From contig JAGLRQ010000057.1 of assembly GCA_023136205.1 (NCBI GenBank), positions 1-6,135 of the forward strand: a stretch of DNA of 6,135 nt, in the 5' to 3' direction. The notes below the pieces were generated by a model. It was not told the origin of the DNA. It saw only the letters and a program-made list of their open reading frames with translations, and made no database searches. The stretch is from Candidatus Auribacterota bacterium. Lineage in GTDB: Bacteria; Auribacterota; UBA6266. A program made the position numbers and the translations under genes. Below are positions 1-6,135 of this stretch, piece after piece (the stretch's first letter is position 1; each line of letters opens with the position of its first letter).

Positions 1-1170
1 ATCCGGCCTCTTTATACTTTCCATATAGTTTATATCAATATCTTCCGCGGCTTCAAACTTCGGGACTTTGCCGCCGGCATATTTATCAACCATTGAAAAC
101 GTTCTGCTAACCAGATTACCAAAGTCATTCGCTAAATCAGAATTATATTTTCCCCAAAACCGACTCCATGTAAAATCCATATCATCCCCAAAAGGCATCT
201 CCCTCATAATAAAATATCTTACAGCATCCGATCCGGCAAGGCCAACTATCTCATCAGGGGCTATAAAATTATTTTCGGTCTTGCTCATTTTCTTTCCGTC
301 AATCGTCATAAAGCCGTGCGCGTAAATGCGTTCAGGAAGCGTAAGGCCTCCTGACATTAACATCGCGGGCCATATAATAGAGTGAAACCTTGTTATATCT
401 TTACCAATTATATGCAAATTCGCGGGCCAGTATTTATTAAATAGTTTATTGTTATCTGAATACCCGGCAGCCGATATATAATTTGTGAGGGCATCAATCC
501 ACACATATATAATCTGATTCTCATCAAAGGGAAGTTTTATACCCCAACCCTCAGACCCTCTCGAAATACTTATATCCAGAAGGCCGTTTTTAATAATATT
601 TACAATTTCATTCTCTCTCGTTGTTGGCAAAATAAATCCGTTGTGTTTTTCAATATGTTCAAGAAGTTTGTCGGCATATTTTGAAAGCCGGAAGAAATAA
701 TTGTCTTCTTCAAACCACTCTGCTTTTTTATTGTGTACCGGGCATTTTCCATCAACAAGTTCGCTTTCCTGAAGATAAGCCTCACAGGAAACACAATACC
801 ACCCTTTATATTTATCCATGTAGATATCGCCCTTATCATACATCTTCTGCAAAAGCTGCCTTACGGATTTAATATGATTATCATCGGTCGTCCTTATAAA
901 CCTGTCATATTCAATGTTGAGGCTTTCCCAGGAACTTACAAACTTCGGAACCATGCGATTACAATATTCCATCGGAGATATACCTTCATTCTTCGCCTGC
1001 CTGTAAACATTAAGACTGTGCTCATCCACGCCCGTAGAAAAAAAGGTGTCAAATCCTTTCGCTTTTTTAAACCTTCTCATCACATCCGCGCATACCTTTT
1101 CATACGCGTGTCCCAAATGAGGCGGCGCATTTACATAATCTATAGCCGTTGTCACATAGAATTTTCTCAA
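1..1170 (-). CDS. metG: Methionine--tRNA ligase (MetRS), N-terminal 390 codons; the 3' end runs off the left edge of the window
   Basis: I checked all 390 plus-strand triplets of 1-1170 by hand: none is tta, cta or tca, so the minus frame is open. The frame is closed upstream by the in-frame ricT stop at 1183-1185. TTG at 1170 is the first start candidate, preceded by GGGAG (1177-1181) with a 6-nt spacer. The translation starts (M)RKFYVTTAIDYVNAPPHLGHAYEKV, which contains the class I HIGH motif as HLGH. Further MetRS hallmarks are TGVDEHS, a zinc knuckle CVSC...CPVH (733-795, the Cys3His type known from Thermus MetRS), GKDITRFHSIIWPAML and KMSKT (277-291). It is absent from the ORF track only because it has no stop in the window. 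Confidence 0.93.
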   Translation of the reverse strand, partial: MRKFYVTTAIDYVNAPPHLGHAYEKVCADVMRRFKKAKGFDTFFSTGVDEHSLNVYRQAKNEGISPMEYCNRMVPKFVSSWESLNIEYDRFIRTTDDNHIKSVRQLLQKMYDKGDIYMDKYKGWYCVSCEAYLQESELVDGKCPVHNKKAEWFEEDNYFFRLSKYADKLLEHIEKHNGFILPTTRENEIVNIIKNGLLDISISRGSEGWGIKLPFDENQIIYVWIDALTNYISAAGYSDNNKLFNKYWPANLHIIGKDITRFHSIIWPAMLMSGGLTLPERIYAHGFMTIDGKKMSKTENNFIAPDEIVGLAGSDAVRYFIMREMPFGDDMDFTWSRFWGKYNSDLANDFGNLVSRTFSMVDKYAGGKVPKFEAAEDIDINYMESIKRPD

Positions 1171-1182
1171 ACCAATCTCCCT

Positions 1183-1989
1183 TTACTTTCCCTTAACAAC
1201 CTTTACATCACTCAAATGAAACCATATCTGCCTTTTATCCTGGAATGTCACAAAAACCATCTGTTTCAGGATATTTATGTCAACAACCTTACCTTCTCCA
1301 ACCTTAGTGCTTACAATAACACCCTCTTTTGGAAGGTTCTGAGAAAGTTCTCTATAAACAGCATTCTCATATTTAAGACAGCAAAGCAACCTGCCGCATA
1401 GACCCGATATTTTTCCCGGATTCAACGGAAGCCTTTGTTCTTTTGCCATTTTAATATTTATCGCTTCAAAATCTTTAAGGAAGGTAGTACAACAAAGTTT
1501 CCTGCCGCAGCAGCCTATACCCCCCAGCATTTTTGCTTCATCCCTAACCCCTATCTGCCTTAATTCAATTCTGGTTTTAAAAATTGATGCCAGGTCTTTT
1601 ACCAGTTCTCTGAAATCAATCCTGCCTTCCGCTGTAAAATAGAATATCAGCTTGCTTTTATCAAAAGAATATTCTACATCAACAAGCTTCATATCAAGTT
1701 TGTGCTCGGTTATTTTTTGAACACATTTTTCAAAAGCTTTTTCAGCTTCTTTTTTATTTAACCTTATCTGTTGTTTGTCCCGCGGGGTTACTTTCCTCAA
1801 TATTTTTTTAAGAGGCTCTTCCACATCAGCATCAAGTATTATCTCGGGATCGGAAGAAATCATCCCGTATTCCTTTCCCCTTTCATGCTCAAAAATAACA
1901 TAATTGCTCATTTTTAGATCGAGTTCACCTGTTTGAAAATAATGCAGCCTGCCGCATTCTCTGAGTCTGACCTGAATTACTTTATACAT
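1183..1989 (-). CDS. ricT: PSP1-domain protein, RicT/YaaT family (cysteine-rich, Fe-S-binding regulatory protein in Bacillus)
   Basis: 268-aa ORF. The N-terminus VIQVRLRECGRLHYFQTGELDL...VIFEHERGKEYG is typical of the PSP1/YaaT family. The conserved cysteine block GGIGCCGRKLCCTTFLKDFE...NPGKISGLCGRLLCCLKYE lies at about 1378-1512. The ATG at 1989 directly abuts the holB stop (1990-1992), and a GGGAGG Shine-Dalgarno lies inside the holB 3' end. Its position directly after holB matches the well-known tmk-holB-yaaT arrangement. Confidence 0.85.
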   Translation of the reverse strand: MYKVIQVRLRECGRLHYFQTGELDLKMSNYVIFEHERGKEYGMISSDPEIILDADVEEPLKKILRKVTPRDKQQIRLNKKEAEKAFEKCVQKITEHKLDMKLVDVEYSFDKSKLIFYFTAEGRIDFRELVKDLASIFKTRIELRQIGVRDEAKMLGGIGCCGRKLCCTTFLKDFEAINIKMAKEQRLPLNPGKISGLCGRLLCCLKYENAVYRELSQNLPKEGVIVSTKVGEGKVVDINILKQMVFVTFQDKRQIWFHLSDVKVVKGK

Positions 1990-3126
1990 TTATATCACTG
2001 CCTCCCGATTTTTAAAATTTTTCATTATGGTTATAAAAAGATCTTCCATCACCATGGATAAATCAGCATGATACCTCAGCATTTTCCTGGCATTATCTAT
2101 CGCACAGATACAATCCATTATGCCGGAATATTCGGCTTTTTCCGAAAGAAGCCTTATTTCTCCGGAATCCTTCTTATTTATAATATTCACTTCTGCTCCG
2201 CATTCCTTTGTAATAAGAATATCGCGGAACCACAACTGCCATATACCAAACATTTCTTCTTTCTCTGCCTGAATCATAGACATTGCTTCCGCTTTGAATT
2301 CATCTTCAAGTTCATCCACGGCATTTCCTGAAAACTCTCCGTAATCCAACTTTTTACTTTTCATAATCATTTTAACAGAGTTCTTTTCCATTTCCTCAAA
2401 TTGCTCTTTTAATCGTTTTACGATATCAAACATCGCGGCAGCATTGCCCTTCAGCAGAGATTTCATAAAGTTAATATATCCGCTTCTTTTCTCCGCCAAA
2501 CCATCGGATAAAAGTTTAATTGCTTCGGAAATTCTCCCTCCGGACAGCGAGGCGATAACCCTGGCTTCACCTGCTTCAACCTCTCTAACGTCCATAAGAT
2601 ATCTTTCGATTTCTGCTTCAGGCACCAGGTTAAATGAAATGGCCTGACACCTTGAAATTACAGTAGCAAAAAGCATATCAGGCCGGGAGGTTATAAGTAT
2701 TAGAACGGTTTTCGCGGGAGGTTCTTCAAGGGTTTTCAAAAGCTTGTTTGAAGCATCCGGCCTCATTCTATGCGCGTCATCAATTATTATAACCTTTATT
2801 TTTGATTCATACGCTTTCTGATTAGCAAACCTTTGAAGCTCACCAACAGACTCCACGTTTATAATCCTGTCTTTTCCCCGGGGTTTAAGAATTTTTACAT
2901 CAGGATAAATCCCTTCCTCAATTCTCCTGCAAATGCCGCATGTATTACAGGGCCCGTTATTTTCGGCCATACAATTTAGAACCTTTGCAAGCCGGACAGC
3001 CACGAGTTTCTTCCCTACTCCGTCAGGCCCGCAGAATAAATACGTATGAGCCAAACGGCCATTATCTATCGCTTCGGAAAGAATACCACACTGCCTCTCA
3101 TGACTTACTATTTCTTTAAAATACAT
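1990..3126 (-). CDS. holB: DNA polymerase III clamp-loader subunit delta' (HolB), long form (378 aa)
   Basis: N-terminus GRLAHTYLFCGPDGVGKK, with the P-loop at 3007-3030. Zinc-module cysteines C-x7-C-x2-C-x2-C (NCMAENNGPCNTCGIC, 2929-2973). YPDVKILKP followed by IIIDDAHRM (Walker B-like), KTLEEPP, and the SRC motif in VISRCQ (2647-2655). It lacks the DnaX-type EIDAAS segment and sits between tmk and ricT, so I call it delta' rather than tau/gamma. AGGAA Shine-Dalgarno at 3133-3137, 6 nt before the ATG at 3126. Confidence 0.88.
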   Translation of the reverse strand: MYFKEIVSHERQCGILSEAIDNGRLAHTYLFCGPDGVGKKLVAVRLAKVLNCMAENNGPCNTCGICRRIEEGIYPDVKILKPRGKDRIINVESVGELQRFANQKAYESKIKVIIIDDAHRMRPDASNKLLKTLEEPPAKTVLILITSRPDMLFATVISRCQAISFNLVPEAEIERYLMDVREVEAGEARVIASLSGGRISEAIKLLSDGLAEKRSGYINFMKSLLKGNAAAMFDIVKRLKEQFEEMEKNSVKMIMKSKKLDYGEFSGNAVDELEDEFKAEAMSMIQAEKEEMFGIWQLWFRDILITKECGAEVNIINKKDSGEIRLLSEKAEYSGIMDCICAIDNARKMLRYHADLSMVMEDLFITIMKNFKNREAVI

Positions 3127-3153
3127 TTACCATTCCTGTCTGCAAACCGCATT

Positions 3154-3822
3154 CTACTTTATATTCAAAAGCCTGTTAACATGTATTCTTATTTCTTTAT
3201 GAACTTCCTCAACGAACTTTGAGGAATCAATTATTTTTATTCTTTCAGGTTCTTCCTTCTGTAATTTAAGATACCCCTCCCTCACACCCCTGTGAAACTT
3301 AATTGTTTCTGATTCAATACGATCCAATTCGCCTGCAGGCGTATCCTTATTCACGCCACGTGCCCTCTTTAATCCCTCCTTAACATCTATGTCCAGCAGA
3401 ATTGTTAGATCCGGTTCCGAATCCTTGACAACAATATCGTTCAGTTTTTTAATCATCCCGATTTTACCATTATTCAAGAAACGTCCATACCCCTGATATA
3501 CAACAGTAGCATCAGTAAAACGAGAAGAAAGTACCACCTTATCTTTATCCTCCCACAAAAACTCTCTAATTTTTTCATGTACAAGCTGCGCGCGGCTGGC
3601 CTCGAACAGAAAAAGTTCCGTCAAAATATTCATCTCTTTAATAGCCGGGTCCAATAATATCCCCCGTATTCGTTCCCCTATTTTAGTCCCTCCGGGATCA
3701 CGAACGGTCAAAACATCAAAATCTTTTCCTTTAAGATATTCTTCAAGCATCTTAAGATGCGTACTTTTACCGCTTCCCTCAGGCCCCTCCAGGGTAATAA
3801 ACTTTCCACGTTTTATCGTCAT
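3154..3822 (-). CDS. tmk: Thymidylate kinase (dTMP kinase)
   Basis: 222 aa. P-loop FITLEGPEGSGKST (3760-3786), DPGGTKIGERIRGILLD, LFEASRAQ, VYQGYGR, and a LID region GLKRARG...ELDRIESE (bacterial type II pattern). The ATG at 3822 lies 1 nt after the cysS stop. A GAAGGTGG Shine-Dalgarno lies inside the cysS 3' end, 6 nt upstream. Confidence 0.93.
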   Translation of the reverse strand: MTIKRGKFITLEGPEGSGKSTHLKMLEEYLKGKDFDVLTVRDPGGTKIGERIRGILLDPAIKEMNILTELFLFEASRAQLVHEKIREFLWEDKDKVVLSSRFTDATVVYQGYGRFLNNGKIGMIKKLNDIVVKDSEPDLTILLDIDVKEGLKRARGVNKDTPAGELDRIESETIKFHRGVREGYLKLQKEEPERIKIIDSSKFVEEVHKEIRIHVNRLLNIK

Positions 3823-3823
3823 T

Positions 3824-5224
3824 TTAAACCACCTTCTTTATTTCCGTTCCCACGCATGTATCTTTCACCACAAACCCGGCTTTTTGTATTTTTTCTCTCA
3901 ACAAATCAGCTTCTTTCCAGTTTTTTTCCTTCCTGGCAATTTCGCGATCCCTGACAAGAGCCATAACCTCATCAGGAACACCCATAATCTCTTCCTTTAA
4001 GTCTTTCAGCCCCAGGCCAAAGACAGAATCAAAATCGTAAAGTAAAGTTAACCTGTCAGAGGGTAAAATATTATCATCTTTTATAAGATCCCACGCAAGT
4101 GCGAATGCTTTAGGCACATTAAGGTCATCGTTTATTTGTTTTATAAATTCACTGGCATAATGTTCAACGCTGCCGGAAAAAACTTCAGAGGAAGACATTT
4201 TCCTAAGTTTTAAAATTCTATCTTTCATATTTTTAAAACCATTTCTGGCGCTTTCCAGTGCTTCATAACTAAAAACAAGCTGCGAACTGTAATGAGCTCC
4301 AAGGCAAAAATACCTGTAATCTAACGGAGAAAACCCCGCATCAATTAATTTCTCGAGAGTTAAAAATTCACCCGCGGACTTCGCCATCCTTTCCTTATCT
4401 ACTACAAGAAACTCACCATGCAGCCAGTAATTCACCCATTTTTTCCCCGTAGCCGCTTCACTCTGGGCTATCTCATTTGTATGATGGACAGAGATATGGT
4501 CAATACCCCCGCAGTGAATATCAATAGAGCCCCCCAGGTATTTCATGCTCATAGCGGAACATTCTACATGCCATCCCGGAAAACCTCTTCCCCACGGGCT
4601 ATCCCACTGCATATCCTGGTTGCCATGTTTTGACTTAGTAAACCATAAAACAAAATCATGCGGGTTCTTCTTGTGTTTATCAACCTCAATCCTGGAACCC
4701 GCTTTCAGGTCAGCAATATTCCTGCGTGCGAGTTTCCCATAATCTTGAAACTTATCAATTTCAAAATAAATATTTCCCTCAGATTCATAAGTAAAACCAT
4801 TTTTTTTAATTTTGCTTATCAGATCCTTCATCTCCTGTATATGTTCTGTTGCCCTGCAAATGACATCCGGTTTCATAATGTTAAGTTTATCGGTATCAGA
4901 AAAAAACGCGTCTTCGTAAAACCTTGCTATTTCCCAAACAGTTTTTTTTTCACGCCGGGCACCAACAACCATTTTATCTTCCCCTTCATCAGAATCCGAC
5001 ACAAGATGCCCAACATCCGTAACATTCATCACATGTTTAGCTTTATATCCGTTAAAAATAAATATCCTCTTAAGTATGTCTTCAAATAAGTACGTTCTTA
5101 AGTTTCCGATATGCGCATAATTATAAACAGTAGGCCCGCAGGTATAAATTCCAACATTACCCTTTTTGATAGGGACAAATTCCTCCCTCTTCCTACTTAA
5201 AGTATTATATAAGAATATTTTCAT
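3824..5224 (-). CDS. cysS: Cysteine--tRNA ligase (CysRS)
   Basis: N-terminus MKIFLYNTLSRKREEFVP...IYTCGPTVYNYAHIGN, with HIGN at 5102-5113. Zinc and cysteine-binding residues are present: TCGP, PGWHVECSAM and HHTNE. The KMSKS-position motif reads RMAKS (4376-4390). The C-terminal ARKEKNWKEADLLREKI segment is typical of CysRS. I prefer the ATG at 5224 (giving MKIFLYNTL) over the longest-ORF TTG at 5233 used in the track; neither has a clear Shine-Dalgarno. Confidence 0.93.
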   Translation of the reverse strand: MKIFLYNTLSRKREEFVPIKKGNVGIYTCGPTVYNYAHIGNLRTYLFEDILKRIFIFNGYKAKHVMNVTDVGHLVSDSDEGEDKMVVGARREKKTVWEIARFYEDAFFSDTDKLNIMKPDVICRATEHIQEMKDLISKIKKNGFTYESEGNIYFEIDKFQDYGKLARRNIADLKAGSRIEVDKHKKNPHDFVLWFTKSKHGNQDMQWDSPWGRGFPGWHVECSAMSMKYLGGSIDIHCGGIDHISVHHTNEIAQSEAATGKKWVNYWLHGEFLVVDKERMAKSAGEFLTLEKLIDAGFSPLDYRYFCLGAHYSSQLVFSYEALESARNGFKNMKDRILKLRKMSSSEVFSGSVEHYASEFIKQINDDLNVPKAFALAWDLIKDDNILPSDRLTLLYDFDSVFGLGLKDLKEEIMGVPDEVMALVRDREIARKEKNWKEADLLREKIQKAGFVVKDTCVGTEIKKVV

Positions 5225-5226
5225 AT

Positions 5227-5871
5227 TTAGCAATTATCACGATTATTACGATGAAAGTTTTTTATTTTATTCTCCATTTTATCAATTTGTTCCTGAAGGT
5301 TATTAAACCTTTCCGCGATAGGATCGGGAAGATGGGCATGATCAAAATTCATTCCGGAAATCTTTTTGCCCTTTTCCTTAACTATCCTTCCTGGTATACC
5401 AATAACTGTTGATTCGGAAGGAACATCTCCAAGGACAACAGCATTAGCGCCCACATATGAATTGTCGCCGATTTTTATATTCCCGAGAACTTTCGCTCCC
5501 GTGCCAATAACAACGTTTTTACCAAGCGTAGGGTGTCTTTTTCCTGTTTCCTTGCCGGTACCGCCAAGAGTTACCCCTTGAAACAATGTGCAATTATCTC
5601 CAACAACCGTTGTCTCTCCTATAACGACACCCATTCCGTGGTCTATAAAAAAACCTTTTCCTATTTTCGCGCCGGGGTGTATTTCAATGCCGGTTAAAAA
5701 CTTTGCAAACTGTGAAATAAATCTCGGAAGAATGGGAATTTTTAAACCGTGCAGAAAATGCGCGATTCTGTAAAACAAAAGCGCGTGAAATCCCGAATAT
5801 GTAAGAACTATTTCAAAGGTATTTCTCGCGGCAGGATCGCGTTCTTTAATGGCTTTTATAATATTAAACAT
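5227..5871 (-). CDS. cysE: Serine O-acetyltransferase (short, Bacillus-type CysE)
   Basis: 214 aa. Contains [80 protein letters not shown] and hexapeptide-repeat segments through VIGIPGRIV. It is close to colinear with my recollection of B. subtilis CysE, including the [12 protein letters not shown] C-terminal tail. GGAG Shine-Dalgarno at 5879-5882, 7 nt before the ATG at 5871. Confidence 0.93.
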   Translation of the reverse strand: MFNIIKAIKERDPAARNTFEIVLTYSGFHALLFYRIAHFLHGLKIPILPRFISQFAKFLTGIEIHPGAKIGKGFFIDHGMGVVIGETTVVGDNCTLFQGVTLGGTGKETGKRHPTLGKNVVIGTGAKVLGNIKIGDNSYVGANAVVLGDVPSESTVIGIPGRIVKEKGKKISGMNFDHAHLPDPIAERFNNLQEQIDKMENKIKNFHRNNRDNC

Positions 5872-5927
5872 TTATTGACTCCAGTATTATATCTCGTATT
5901 GAGTATTGCGTGATGCGCAACGAAAGC
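5872..5927 (-). promoter_or_regulatory. ispF-cysE intergenic spacer (56 nt) carrying the cysE Shine-Dalgarno; promoter function unproven
   Basis: Minus-strand reading: TAG(ispF stop)-GGCTTTCG-TTGCG-CATCA-CGCAA-TACTCAATACGAGA-TATAAT-ACT-GGAG-TCAATAA-ATG(cysE). The supported element is the GGAG Shine-Dalgarno (5879-5882). A TATAAT hexamer (5886-5891) has no convincing -35 at 16-18 nt and sits only 3 nt from the Shine-Dalgarno. A 5-bp hairpin (5906-5920) has no U-tract. Confidence 0.45.
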
Positions 5928-6135
5928 CTAACCTTCTTTAAACAGGGACACAATAGCATGGGCCGCGATACCTTCACGCCGGCCTGTAAAACCAAGGCCT
6001 TCAGTAGTGGTAGCTTTGATATTAACATTTTCTTTCTTTATGCTTAGAGCATCTGAAATATTCTCTTTCATCGCTTCAACATACGGTTCCATTTTAGGCA
6101 AGTGAGCAACAACAACTGAATCCACATTCACTATT
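5928..6135 (-). CDS. ispF: 2-C-methyl-D-erythritol 2,4-cyclodiphosphate synthase, C-terminal ~68 codons; the 5' end lies beyond the right edge
   Basis: The translation ...VNVDSVVVAHLPKMEPYVEAMKENISDALSI..VNIKATTTEGLGFTGRREGIAAHAIVSL matches the conserved IspF C-terminus (APKM-type segment and KATTTEGLGFTGR.EGIA). The frame stays open to the window edge. The M in the ORF track is an internal GTG (Val) codon at 6129-6131, not the true start. TAG stop at 5928-5930. Confidence 0.9.
   Translation of the reverse strand, partial: IVNVDSVVVAHLPKMEPYVEAMKENISDALSIKKENVNIKATTTEGLGFTGRREGIAAHAIVSLFKEG

Noticed and set aside
600-839. 79-aa minus-strand ORF
   Set aside because: It is an out-of-frame overlap within metG. 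The metG frame carries the zinc-knuckle and other MetRS motifs across exactly this interval.
733-1401. 222-aa plus-strand ORF spanning the metG/ricT junction; unusually long for an antisense ORF in AT-rich DNA
   Set aside because: It is codon-aligned antisense to both metG and ricT, which share one phase. It therefore stays open simply because those genes use no TTA, CTA or TCA codons in this stretch. The predicted protein is compositionally odd (Ile/Phe/Asn-rich, no recognisable motif) and has no Shine-Dalgarno. Both sense-strand genes carry family motifs that I recognise clearly. This is a classic shadow ORF.
2641-2684. 7-bp inverted repeat GGCCTGA...TCAGGCC with a 30-nt loop inside holB
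   Set aside because: By my rough estimate about a dozen such 7-bp inverted repeats within 40 nt are expected by chance in 6 kb. It lies in coding sequence with no associated signal.
4942-4950. A9 homopolymer on the coding strand of cysS (R-E-K-K-T); also an A8 run at 4800-4807 and a T7 run (coding strand) in metG at 1038-1044, considered as slippage or phase-variation sites
   Set aside because: These are Lys-codon runs (and, in metG, a Phe-codon run) expected in an AT-rich genome. They sit inside essential genes whose frames are intact, and nothing suggests phase variation.
5227-5370. CysE C-terminal tail ([40 protein letters not shown]) ending in Cys, not the C-terminal Ile used by enterobacterial SAT to dock into CysK
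   Set aside because: As I recall it, short Bacillus-type CysE proteins have a similar HxxLPDP...coiled tail, so it looks family-typical. I cannot judge CysK-complex formation from sequence alone.
68-5773. All other plus-strand ORFs in the track (68-325, 681-872, 2068-2331, 2444-2647, 3757-3954, 4418-4633, 4545-4742, 4658-5089, 5366-5581, 5588-5773)
   Set aside because: Each lies wholly inside, and antisense to, a confidently identified minus-strand gene. The translations are low-complexity (Pro/Ser/Phe/Ile-rich) with no recognisable domain or ribosome-binding site.
5886-5891. Perfect TATAAT hexamer (minus strand) upstream of cysE, considered as an internal promoter
   Set aside because: There is no acceptable -35 at 16-18 nt (ATCACG, CATCAC or TCACGC; the TTGCGC hexamer is about 23 nt away). 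The hexamer ends 3 nt before the Shine-Dalgarno, so a transcript starting from it would begin in or after the Shine-Dalgarno. It is likely a chance match in AT-rich sequence. It is mentioned in the spacer feature but not called as a promoter.
5906-5920. Hairpin TTGCG-CATCA-CGCAA just after the ispF stop, considered as a terminator; also an adjacent GTATTGA/GTATTGC tandem 7-mer (5897-5910)
   Set aside because: The stem is only 5 bp and no U-tract follows on the transcribed strand, so it is not a credible intrinsic terminator. A two-copy imperfect 7-mer is at chance level in AT-rich DNA.
1-6135. By-eye search for tRNA/rRNA/ncRNA genes, CRISPR repeats, IS/transposase ends, integrase or toxin-antitoxin-like small ORFs, and compositional breaks
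   Set aside because: None found. Non-coding DNA totals under 100 nt. No repeated spacer-repeat pattern or terminal inverted repeats are visible, and composition looks uniform by eye (not computed). The only repeated 10-mer I noticed (ATCCGGCCTC at 1-10 and 2754-2763) is within chance expectation.

Overview
AT-rich bacterial window filled almost end to end by seven minus-strand core housekeeping genes. In transcription order: ispF (3' part, enters from the right edge), cysE, cysS, tmk, holB, ricT/yaaT (PSP1 domain) and metG. metG covers its first 390 codons and leaves through the left edge; it is missing from the supplied ORF track because its frame has no stop inside the window. Gaps between genes are 0-56 nt, and most start codons have a Shine-Dalgarno inside the preceding gene, so this looks like one tightly coupled housekeeping operon. 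I found no support for tRNA/rRNA genes, CRISPR arrays, mobile elements, long repeats, terminators or accessory or defence-type genes. All plus-strand ORFs in the track are antisense shadows of confidently identified genes. I do not see a novel system here; it reads as an ordinary core-genome region. The findings are low-interest, motif-level or architectural oddities: a thymidylate kinase with SRF in place of the DR(Y/F/H) motif, a CysRS with RMAKS in place of KMSKS, a long charged insertion in HolB, and a cysE leader too short for a T-box. Each needs an alignment or database search that I cannot run.
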